From Lachnospiraceae bacterium (lineage in GTDB: Bacteria > Bacillota > Clostridia > Lachnospirales > Lachnospiraceae): a DNA stretch of 64,000 bases. The notes under the pieces are model-generated. The model was given only the letters and a program-made list of their open reading frames with translations. It was not told the origin of the DNA and did no database searches. Every line of letters begins with the position of its first letter. The first letter of the stretch is position 1. Shown here one piece after another: positions 7,772 through 15,984 of the stretch. The DNA is taken from positions 12,078 through 76,077 of the forward strand of contig JBJFFP010000082.1 of NCBI GenBank assembly GCA_051891855.1, read 5' to 3'. Both the position numbers and the translations under genes were made by a program.

Positions 7772-9169
7772 ATGGAAGAGAGAAGCAATCGGGCAAATCC
7801 AATACCGATAGGGAAATTTGCAAAACCACAGGTGAATATTCTGGATGACACCACAAATCTGCAAAAGAAGCTGGCCATTCTCTCAGATGCGGCCAAGTAT
7901 GATGTGGCTTGTACCTCCAGCGGTGTGGATCGAAGCGGAAAGGAAGGGGCAGGTCGCTTTGGAGGCCGCAGTAACAGCGGCGGAACAGGCAATGCGGTAG
8001 CGTCGGGAATCTGCCACAGCTTTTCCGCCGATGGTCGCTGTATCAGCTTGCTGAAGATACTCATGACCAATTATTGTATTTATGACTGCAGATATTGCAG
8101 GAATCGAGTATCCAACGATATTGAACGGGCAGTATTCAGCCCGGAAGAAATTGCCGGACTGACGATGGAATTTTACCGAAGAAACTACATTGAAGGCCTG
8201 TTTTTAAGCTCAGGAGTAATCGGCTCACCGGACTACACGATGGAGCTTCTGTATCAAACCATTTATTTGCTGAGAACGGTACATCATTTTTATGGCTATA
8301 TTCATGTGAAGGGGATACCGGGAGCCAGTCCCCGGCTAATCAGGCAGCTGGGCTATCTGGTGGATCGAATGAGCGTGAACCTGGAGCTTCCAACGGCTCA
8401 GTCGCTGCAGGAGCTTGCACCTAACAAGCATCGCAGGACGATTTTAGCCCCCATGCGTCAGATTCAGGAGGGAATTAAGGAGAATAAACAGGAGCTGGTG
8501 GTATATCGCCATGCCCCTAAATTTGTCAGTGGAGGTCAGTCCACCCAGATGATTATCGGTGCCACACCGGAAAGTGATTATCAGATTGTACAGGTGGCAG
8601 AGAGCCTGTATAAGAAGTTTCAGCTGAAACGGGTATTCTACTCTGCCTTTATTAATGTGAATGAGGATAAGACTCTACCGGCATTAACTTCGGGGCCGCC
8701 TCTGCTTCGGGAACACAGGCTTTATCAGGCAGATTTTCTCATGCGCTTTTACGGGTTTGAAGCCGGGGAGCTTTTAAGTGAGAGGCATCCCAATTTTAAT
8801 GTTTTCCTTGATCCTAAGGCGGACTGGGCTCTGCAGCACCTGGAGCTGTTTCCGGTGGAGATTAACCGGGCTCCCTATGAAATGCTGCTTAGGATTCCCG
8901 GTATTGGAGTAAAGAGTGCAGGAAGGATTGTACGGGCCAGACGAAACGGAAGCCTTACCTTCGAGCATCTGAAGAAAATCGGAGTGGTGCTGAAGCGGGC
9001 ACTGTATTTTATTACCTGTAACGGCAGAATGATGTATCCCACTAAGATAGAAGAGGATTATATTACCCGAAATCTGATGAATGCAGGGGAACGTCTGCCC
9101 TTTGATGTCTCGTCAGTTACCTATCGCCAGCTGTCGCTCTTCGATGACGTAAGCTTTTCCAACGGTTAA
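7772..9169 (+). CDS. Putative DNA modification/repair radical SAM protein (TIGR03916-like)
   Basis: 465 aa. CxxxCxxC radical-SAM motif (CIYDCRYC) and a C-terminal helix-hairpin-helix (LLRIPGIGVKSAGRIV). Paired with the downstream DUF4130 gene, as is typical for this family. Confidence 0.85.
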   Translation: MEERSNRANPIPIGKFAKPQVNILDDTTNLQKKLAILSDAAKYDVACTSSGVDRSGKEGAGRFGGRSNSGGTGNAVASGICHSFSADGRCISLLKILMTNYCIYDCRYCRNRVSNDIERAVFSPEEIAGLTMEFYRRNYIEGLFLSSGVIGSPDYTMELLYQTIYLLRTVHHFYGYIHVKGIPGASPRLIRQLGYLVDRMSVNLELPTAQSLQELAPNKHRRTILAPMRQIQEGIKENKQELVVYRHAPKFVSGGQSTQMIIGATPESDYQIVQVAESLYKKFQLKRVFYSAFINVNEDKTLPALTSGPPLLREHRLYQADFLMRFYGFEAGELLSERHPNFNVFLDPKADWALQHLELFPVEINRAPYEMLLRIPGIGVKSAGRIVRARRNGSLTFEHLKKIGVVLKRALYFITCNGRMMYPTKIEEDYITRNLMNAGERLPFDVSSVTYRQLSLFDDVSFSNG

Positions 9170-9236
9170 AGGAAACTTTGTCTGGCAGGGCAAGCGGAAG
9201 CTAACCCATATTATTCGAGAAAGAAGGAGGGGGAAA

Positions 9237-10013
9237 ATGACAGAAACGATTTTGCTTTGTCAGCCCACCTCGGAGGGGATTCTCACCGGGGTTTACACAG
9301 CCTACGAATGGAAGCTGAATCCCAATACCACGCACCTTCAATTAGGGGAAGTGGAAAACTATCAGCTTTTTTCAGACTACAAAGAGATAAAGACTGACCG
9401 AAAAAAGGCGGTCAAGGTTGACCGAAGTCTTCGCAGAAGGTTCAGCAGCTATACGGTAGAAAGTCTCTGGTATGCCATGGCAAGTGATGATGAAAAAAGG
9501 GGAGATGCAGTTTATCATACCATAGCCCGCGGTCTGGCAGGCGCCTATACAGGGGAGCTGATGTACTATCTGCAGGACCCCTATGTGAATCTTACAGCAA
9601 AGCTTAGGCAGAAGGTCTGTAATGAAGCCCATCATTACAAAGGCTTTGTACGGTTTGCTGAACTGGAGAGCGGAGTATTATACAGCGAAATAGAGCCCCA
9701 GAATGAGGTGCTTCCCTTCCTGGGAGAGCATTTTGCGGATCGCTTTCCGGGAGAAAATTTTATGATCAGGGATAAGGTAAGAGGAATATATCTGGTTCAT
9801 GAGAGAGGAAGAGAATATTATTTATTCCGTGAACAAAAGCCACAGAAGCACCCCCTTCCTTATTCTCATAAGGAAGAACAGATACAGGAGCTGTTTCGCC
9901 GTTTTGTTCACTCTGTCTCCATTAAGGAGAGAGAAAATCTGAAGCTTCAACAGCAGCTGTTGCCTTTACGATTCAGGTCGGATATGATTGAGTTTATGGA
10001 AGAACAAGAGTAG
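9237..10013 (+). CDS. TIGR03915/DUF4130-family putative DNA metabolism protein (partner of the radical SAM protein)
   Basis: 258 aa. The size, position directly after the radical SAM gene and overall sequence character fit the conserved pair. Assigned from memory of the family, not from a search. Confidence 0.7.
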   Translation: MTETILLCQPTSEGILTGVYTAYEWKLNPNTTHLQLGEVENYQLFSDYKEIKTDRKKAVKVDRSLRRRFSSYTVESLWYAMASDDEKRGDAVYHTIARGLAGAYTGELMYYLQDPYVNLTAKLRQKVCNEAHHYKGFVRFAELESGVLYSEIEPQNEVLPFLGEHFADRFPGENFMIRDKVRGIYLVHERGREYYLFREQKPQKHPLPYSHKEEQIQELFRRFVHSVSIKERENLKLQQQLLPLRFRSDMIEFMEEQE

Positions 10014-10023
10014 AGAGGTGCCT

Positions 10024-12498
10024 ATGTCAACGCGGACAACGATTCCAACCAAACAAATACGCATATCAGTCCGCAATCTGGTGGAATTTCTTCTAAGAAG
10101 CGGCGATCTGGATAACCGGGGAAGGATAACGGTGGAAAATGCCATGTTAGAAGGCGGAAGGATACACCGTATGCTTCAGCGGCGTATGGGCAGCGAATAT
10201 CATGCAGAGATACCCCTAAGCTTTCGGGAGGTAAACGAGGAATATGAGATTTTGGTGGAGGGAAGAGCGGACGGGATCATCCTTTTACCGGATCAGATAA
10301 CCATTGATGAAATTAAGGGAACCTATAGAGATTTGGCAAAGATCACAGAGCCTGAGCCGGTACATCTGGCCCAGGCTAAATGCTATGCTCATCTGTATGC
10401 CTGCAGGATTCAAGAACAGAAGGGAGAAGAAGAGTCCGGGAAGAAAATCCAGACACTGCAGAAATTAACCCATTTGGATACCATTCGTGTCCGAATAACC
10501 TATTGTAATATGGATACGGAAGAAACTAAGTATTTTTTTCAGGAATACAGCATAAAGGAATTGAAAAGCTGGTTTGATGACCTTATTAGTCAATATAAAA
10601 AGTGGGCAGACTATCAGGTTCAGTGGGAGGGAATACGACAGAAATCCATCCAGGAATTGACTTTCCCCTATTCCTATCGAAAGGGACAAAAGGAGCTGGT
10701 TTCTGCCGTATACCGAACCATTTACCACGAAAGGAAGCTGTTTTTGGAAGCCCCTACCGGTGTGGGAAAAACACTGTCTACCGTTTTTCCGGCAGTAAAA
10801 GCTGTGGGAGAGGGACTGGGAGACCGCCTTTTTTATCTAACAGCCAAGACCATTACCCGGACAGCCGCTTTGCAGGCCTTTGAACTGCTGATTCACAAAG
10901 GACTGAGGTTTAAAACGATTATATTGACTGCTAAGGATAAAATCTGCTTTCAGGATGAGGTTCAGTGCAATCCGGACAGCTGCCCTTATGCAAAGGGACA
11001 TTTCGATCGAATTAATGAAGCAGTATATGCCCTGATTACCGCAGAGGAGAGCTTTACCAGAGAAATTATTGAAAAGTATGCTGAACAATATCGGGTCTGT
11101 CCCTTTGAGCTGGGTTTAGAGTGCAGCCTTTTTGCCGATGGGATAATCGGTGACTATAATTATCTTTTCGATCCCCATGTTTATTTAAAGCGTTTTTTTG
11201 CTGAAAGAAAAGGGCGAGGGATCTTTCTGATTGATGAAGCCCATAATCTGGTGGAGAGGGGAAGAGAAATGTACAGCGCTTCCTTGATAAAAGAGGATTT
11301 TCTTACGCTGAAAAGGCAGATTAAGCCTTATTGTGCTAAAATAGAAAGACAACTGGAGAAATGTAATCGTCAGCTGCTTTCTCTGAAACGGGAGACAGGA
11401 GGAGTAAAGGAATGGGAAAGCATCGAAGACTTTATTCGTGCTTTAAACCGATTATCCTCCGGGATAGCAGAGTATCTGGAAAATCATAATGATACGCCGG
11501 TCAAAGAGGAGATATTGTCCTTTTATTTTCAGGTTTCTCACTTTCTGCTTATCTATGAGGGAATCCAGGATGAGTATGTGATTTACAGTGAGTTGACTGA
11601 AACAGACAATTTTAAATTAAAGCTGTTTTGCGTCGATCCATCACAAAAATTAAAGAGCTGTATGGATAAGGGAAGAAGCAGTATTCTGTTCTCCGCCACC
11701 TTGCTTCCCATACAATATTATAAGAAGCTTCTGGGCGGGGAAGAAAGGGATTATGAAATCTATGCCCCCACAGCCTTTAATCCTTCCCGGTGCGGCCTGT
11801 TTATTGCACGGGATGTCACCAGCAAGTATTCTCGCAGAGGGCCGGAGGAATATTATCGTATTGCCTCCTATATCCATCAGATTGTGAAGGAAAGGCAGGG
11901 CAACTATCTGGTTTTCTTTCCCTCCTATCAAATGCTGGAGGAAATCAGCAGAATTTATGAAAAAAGCTTTAATCAAAAGGGAGAGACAGAATGCCTGAAG
12001 CAAAAAGAATTTATGAAAGAAGAAGAAAAAGAAAATTTTTTGAAACATTTTACAGGTAATCTGCATCTAAAGGTAGAAAAGCATTTTATGCCGTCGGCGA
12101 AGACAGAGGAAAAGAGTCTTCTGGGCTTCTGTATTATGGGAGGAATTTTCGGTGAGGGAATTGATTTAAAGGAAGACAGTCTGATCGGTGCCATTCTGGT
12201 GGGAACAGGGCTGCCCCTGGTCTGCACTGAACGGGAAATTCTGAAAAAATACTTTCAGGAACGAGAGGGGATGGGCTTTGAGTATGCCTATCGCTATCCC
12301 GGAATGAATAAGGTTTTACAGGCTGCAGGAAGAGTAATTCGGACGAATCAGGACTTGGGGATCGTAGCTCTTTTGGATGAGCGTTTCCTTCAGCATAGCT
12401 ATATCAAAATGTTTCCCAGGGAGTGGAAGGAATACCGCAAGACGGGAATTGATACCATTTCCCATGAAGTGGAAAAATTCTGGAATGAATGGTTGTAG
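10024..12498 (+). CDS. Fusion of a PD-(D/E)xK nuclease domain with an XPD/DinG-family (Rad3-like) Fe-S DNA helicase
   Basis: N-terminal nuclease motifs: EGRADGI, IDEIKGT and QAKCYAHLY. Helicase motifs: Walker A EAPTGVGKT and DEAH box LIDEAHNL. Four Cys fit an XPD-type 4Fe-4S insert (ICF, QCN, SCP, VCPFE). ATG at 10024 follows SD AGAGGTG, 11 nt after the DUF4130 stop. Confidence 0.85.
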   Translation: MSTRTTIPTKQIRISVRNLVEFLLRSGDLDNRGRITVENAMLEGGRIHRMLQRRMGSEYHAEIPLSFREVNEEYEILVEGRADGIILLPDQITIDEIKGTYRDLAKITEPEPVHLAQAKCYAHLYACRIQEQKGEEESGKKIQTLQKLTHLDTIRVRITYCNMDTEETKYFFQEYSIKELKSWFDDLISQYKKWADYQVQWEGIRQKSIQELTFPYSYRKGQKELVSAVYRTIYHERKLFLEAPTGVGKTLSTVFPAVKAVGEGLGDRLFYLTAKTITRTAALQAFELLIHKGLRFKTIILTAKDKICFQDEVQCNPDSCPYAKGHFDRINEAVYALITAEESFTREIIEKYAEQYRVCPFELGLECSLFADGIIGDYNYLFDPHVYLKRFFAERKGRGIFLIDEAHNLVERGREMYSASLIKEDFLTLKRQIKPYCAKIERQLEKCNRQLLSLKRETGGVKEWESIEDFIRALNRLSSGIAEYLENHNDTPVKEEILSFYFQVSHFLLIYEGIQDEYVIYSELTETDNFKLKLFCVDPSQKLKSCMDKGRSSILFSATLLPIQYYKKLLGGEERDYEIYAPTAFNPSRCGLFIARDVTSKYSRRGPEEYYRIASYIHQIVKERQGNYLVFFPSYQMLEEISRIYEKSFNQKGETECLKQKEFMKEEEKENFLKHFTGNLHLKVEKHFMPSAKTEEKSLLGFCIMGGIFGEGIDLKEDSLIGAILVGTGLPLVCTEREILKKYFQEREGMGFEYAYRYPGMNKVLQAAGRVIRTNQDLGIVALLDERFLQHSYIKMFPREWKEYRKTGIDTISHEVEKFWNEWL

Positions 12499-12537
12499 CT
12501 TGTCCTAAAGTAGGATATACTGAACAGGAACGACAGA

Positions 12538-12731
12538 TGTGGATAGTAATGCTTTTGTAACCATATTTTGCTTAAAATTATCTTGAAATTGCTATTATGA
12601 CATGTATGTCATAGGTATTGACACTGATTTTATACACCTTAGACAGGTGAAAAGCTGTGGATAACTATGTGGAAACGGTGGATTTCTCTAAAAAAATAGT
12701 TTTTTTTAGTTTTCCACAGAGTTATCCACAG
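12538..12731. promoter_or_regulatory. Cluster of DnaA boxes arranged as a 21-bp near-perfect inverted repeat
   Basis: Two perfect boxes: TGTGGATAA at 12656-12664 and TTATCCACA at 12722-12730. Two boxes with 1 mismatch: 12538-12546 (TGTGGATAG) and 12710-12718 (TTTTCCACA). One box with 2 mismatches: 12668-12676. Arms 12655-12675 and 12711-12731 match 20/21 as an inverted repeat around an A7/T8 tract. Confidence 0.6.
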
Positions 12732-12809
12732 GTATATGGAAATGATTGGGAAAAATAGTAAAAATACCGCATCAGTCAATACATATTATGTAAACTTGGA
12801 GGACGAGTT

Positions 12810-14120
12810 ATGTGGGCTTATGAAAGTGTGTTCTATCAAATCTATCCCCTGGGATTTTGCGGGGCTCCCTTCGACAATGACGGAGTGCTGAATCACCGTA
12901 TTTTAAAGGTGGAGGAGTGGATTCCTCATATAAAGAAGCTGGGGTGTAATGCCATCTATTTCTCTCCTGTTTTTGAATCCGATACTCATGGCTATAACAC
13001 CAGAGATTACCGGAAGCTGGACTGCCGTCTGGGGACCAATGAGGATTTTAAACAGGTTGTGGATAAATTGCATCGGGAAGGGATAAAGGTAGTTCTGGAC
13101 GGAGTATTCAACCATGTGGGAAGGGGCTTCTTCGGCTTTCAGGACGTGTTGAAAAACAGATGGGATTCTCCCTATAGAGACTGGTTTCATCTGGACTTTA
13201 ACGGCAACTCCCCTTATCAGGACGGATTATATTATGAAGGCTGGGAGGGCAACTACGATTTGGTGAAGCTGAATCTAAGGCACGAGCCGGTAATTCAGTA
13301 TCTTTTTGAAAGTATAGAATTGTGGATTAAGGAATTTGATATCGATGGGCTTCGATTGGATGTGGCCTACTGTCTGGATCATGACTTTGTCCGCCGACTG
13401 CGCAGATTTTGTGAGGAGAAGAAGCAGGATTTCTTCCTGCTGGGAGAAATGCTTCACGGAGATTATAAGGTGCTGGTAAACCATGAGATGCTGCATTCGG
13501 CAACCAATTATGAGTGCTATAAGGGCCTCTATTCCAGCTTTAACAGTATGAATATGTTTGAAATCAATCATTCTCTGCTGCGCCAGTTCGGGCCGGAGGA
13601 TTGGACTTTATATCGGGGAAAGCATCTGCTTTCCTTTGTGGATAATCATGACGTAAGCCGGATTGCCACCATACTGCAGAATAAAGCCCATCTTCCTCTG
13701 GTTTATGCACTTGCCTTTGGAATGCCGGGGATTCCCTGTGTCTATTACGGCAGTGAGTGGGGAGCCAAAGGAGATAAGAGTCAGGGAGACCCTTCCCTGC
13801 GATTAAGCTACGAAGCACCCCTTTGGAATGAACTGACGGAGTTTATTTCCCGGCTGGCAGAAGCAAAGAAAAATTCTCATGCTTTGAATTACGGCAGCTT
13901 CCGCTCGGTAGTATTGACCAATAAGCAGTGTGTTTTTGAGAGAAAAGCAGAAGGAGAAAGGGTGCTGGTAGCCATAAATGCGGACAGTGAAGCTTATACA
14001 GCCCATTTTGATGCAGGCTGCGGCAGGGCAGTGGATTTACTTACCGGCAGTGAACATGATTTCGGCGGAGGAAGTCTTTTGCCGGGCTATAGTGCATTTT
14101 TCTGGAAATGTGAAAGATAA
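12810..14120 (+). CDS. Cytoplasmic GH13 alpha-amylase-family glycoside hydrolase
   Basis: 436 aa with no signal peptide. GH13 regions DGVFNH, GLRLDVAY, GEMLH and FVDNHD. Confidence 0.85.
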   Translation: MWAYESVFYQIYPLGFCGAPFDNDGVLNHRILKVEEWIPHIKKLGCNAIYFSPVFESDTHGYNTRDYRKLDCRLGTNEDFKQVVDKLHREGIKVVLDGVFNHVGRGFFGFQDVLKNRWDSPYRDWFHLDFNGNSPYQDGLYYEGWEGNYDLVKLNLRHEPVIQYLFESIELWIKEFDIDGLRLDVAYCLDHDFVRRLRRFCEEKKQDFFLLGEMLHGDYKVLVNHEMLHSATNYECYKGLYSSFNSMNMFEINHSLLRQFGPEDWTLYRGKHLLSFVDNHDVSRIATILQNKAHLPLVYALAFGMPGIPCVYYGSEWGAKGDKSQGDPSLRLSYEAPLWNELTEFISRLAEAKKNSHALNYGSFRSVVLTNKQCVFERKAEGERVLVAINADSEAYTAHFDAGCGRAVDLLTGSEHDFGGGSLLPGYSAFFWKCER

Positions 14121-14135
14121 AAAGGATAGAATACA

Positions 14136-15044
14136 GTGAAAAAAAAGTTAGTAAGAAGAAAAAAAGGAAGGCCAAATATAAGACAGGATAAGATTAAGAG
14201 AAAAAGCTTATTGTTTCTTTTGCCCAGTGTTTTGGGTGTGCTTCTCTTTTTTGTACTCCCATTCGGTGTGGTAGGCTTTTATTCCGTAGTAAATAATCCG
14301 ATTCAGCATAAATTTGTTTTTCTGGATAATTTTATCAGCGTTTGGAACAATTCAGCCTTTCGTCTGGCTGCGCAAAATACACTGAAGTTTTCGGTTGTCG
14401 CCGTGCCGCTGGCAGTGATTTTATCCATGATAATGGCCTTTGCGCTGGAACAGGCCATTCCCTGGAAAAGTCGTTTTCGGACACTCTTGCTCAGTCCCAT
14501 GATGGTTCCCATTGCTTCGGTAGTATTGATTTGGCAGGTGCTGTTCCATTATAACGGGGTGGTCAATGAGTTTATGCAATACTTTGGCACTAATAAGATT
14601 GACTGGTTTAAATCGGAATATGCACAGGTGATTCTGGTACTTTTGTTTATCTGGAAAAATCTGGGATATAATATGATTCTTTTTATGGCAGCCATCAGTA
14701 ATATCCCTAAGGAAATTATCGAGGTGGCCCAGCTGGAAAGTGCCAGGGGCTGGCAGATATTCTTTTCCATTAAGCTTAGATATCTGTCCTCAACCATTTT
14801 ATTCGTAACGATATTATCCTTAATTAATTCCTTCAAGGTTTTTCGTGAGGTATATATGCTGACGGGAGATTATCCCTTTGATTCCCTGTATCTTATGCAG
14901 CATTTTATGAATAATACCTTTCGCTCACTGGACTATCAGAAGCTTTCGGCAGCGGCAATTATTATGTGCCTGTTCATGATTGTGATTATTGGTATCCTTT
15001 TTTTAACAGAATATTATTTTGGAAAGGATATGGAAGATGCGTGA
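14136..15044 (+). CDS. Carbohydrate ABC transporter permease (MalF/CUT1-type)
   Basis: 302 aa with 6 predicted TM helices, typical of the binding-protein-dependent permease family. GTG start. Confidence 0.85.
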   Translation: MKKKLVRRKKGRPNIRQDKIKRKSLLFLLPSVLGVLLFFVLPFGVVGFYSVVNNPIQHKFVFLDNFISVWNNSAFRLAAQNTLKFSVVAVPLAVILSMIMAFALEQAIPWKSRFRTLLLSPMMVPIASVVLIWQVLFHYNGVVNEFMQYFGTNKIDWFKSEYAQVILVLLFIWKNLGYNMILFMAAISNIPKEIIEVAQLESARGWQIFFSIKLRYLSSTILFVTILSLINSFKVFREVYMLTGDYPFDSLYLMQHFMNNTFRSLDYQKLSAAAIIMCLFMIVIIGILFLTEYYFGKDMEDA

Positions 15045-15951
15045 CCGGATAAAAAGAAGGGTCAGAAAACGGATGACAAAAAAGCTGTGGCTGGGTATGC
15101 TGACCGTATTTCTGATTGTGTTCACGGGGATATTCATTATTCCCATTGTATTTACAATTTGTAATTCCTTTATGGGAAAAGCAGAAATTACTTCCAATTA
15201 CGGAATGATTTTTTCGGTATCAAAAACGGGGGCAAAACAGTTTATTTCGGAAACCGTCAATTTGAAATTTATTCCGGATATGGTTTCCTTCAGCCAGTAC
15301 ATAACCGTTTTATTGAAAAGTCCCGACTATTTGATTAAGTTTTGGAATTCTGTTATTCTGGTGGCGCCTATTGTGGTCTTTCAGCTGGCGGTGGCCTGCT
15401 TGGCCTCCTATGGCTTCACCCGATACAGGGGAAGGGGCAGAGAGATTATATTTTTTTCCTATATTATTCTGATGCTGATGCCTTATCAGGTAACCCTTGT
15501 ACCTAATTTTTTAGTGGCAGGCTGGCTGAATATACTGGATACCAGATGGGCTATTTGGCTTCCGGGAGTTTTTTCACCTTATGCGGTATTCTTGCTGACC
15601 AAGTATATGAGAAGGATACCTTCATCCATGTTTGAAGCCGCTAAAATTGACGGGGCAGGAGAGTGGCAGATTTTTGGGAAAATCTGCTTGCCGCTGTGTA
15701 AAGGGGCCTTAAGCAGTGTGGCAATTCTAGTTTTTATTGATTATTGGAATATGGTGGAGCAGCCGTTGATTCTTTTGTCGGATGAACAGATGCACCCGCT
15801 GTCGGTATTTTTATCCAAAATCAATTCCGGGGAAATCGGTTTGGCCTTTGCAGTGGCAACCATTTATATGGTACCCACTCTTTTGGTATTTTTGTATGGA
15901 GAAGAATATCTGGTAGAGGGTATTGCCTACCAGGGAGGAATAAAAGGATAA
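15037..15951 (+). CDS. Carbohydrate ABC transporter permease (MalG/CUT1-type)
   Basis: Polytopic permease containing AAKIDGAGEWQIF (EAA-loop-like). ATG at 15037 with an AAAGGA SD. The track start at 15019 is a TTG. Confidence 0.85.
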   Translation: MRDRIKRRVRKRMTKKLWLGMLTVFLIVFTGIFIIPIVFTICNSFMGKAEITSNYGMIFSVSKTGAKQFISETVNLKFIPDMVSFSQYITVLLKSPDYLIKFWNSVILVAPIVVFQLAVACLASYGFTRYRGRGREIIFFSYIILMLMPYQVTLVPNFLVAGWLNILDTRWAIWLPGVFSPYAVFLLTKYMRRIPSSMFEAAKIDGAGEWQIFGKICLPLCKGALSSVAILVFIDYWNMVEQPLILLSDEQMHPLSVFLSKINSGEIGLAFAVATIYMVPTLLVFLYGEEYLVEGIAYQGGIKG

Positions 15952-15984
15952 CAGGCCGCCAGGCGGCAGGAATGAGAGGAGACT

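Noticed and set aside
7222-8070. 282-aa minus-strand ORF spanning the end of the ABC ATPase gene, the terminator/promoter region and the start of the radical SAM gene
   Set aside because: It is antisense to two well-supported genes and runs through a terminator and the LexA-box promoter. Its composition is Ser/Pro/Arg/Phe-rich and low-complexity, and no motif was recognised.
9988-10023. Upstream start (9988) for the helicase, and similar long N-terminal extensions in the ORF track (24250 folC, 31533 GGDEF/EAL, 37289 alkylation repair, 39357 ridA, 47706 pstS, 6866 ABC ATPase)
   Set aside because: These starts overlap the preceding gene and lack an SD. Internal ATGs with good SD sequences give N-termini that match the respective families.
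12538-12731. DnaA-box cluster as the chromosomal replication origin
   Set aside because: No dnaA, dnaN or rpmH gene is nearby. Gene orientation does not switch here, since genes on both sides are on the + strand. A non-origin DnaA-box cluster or an operator is more likely.
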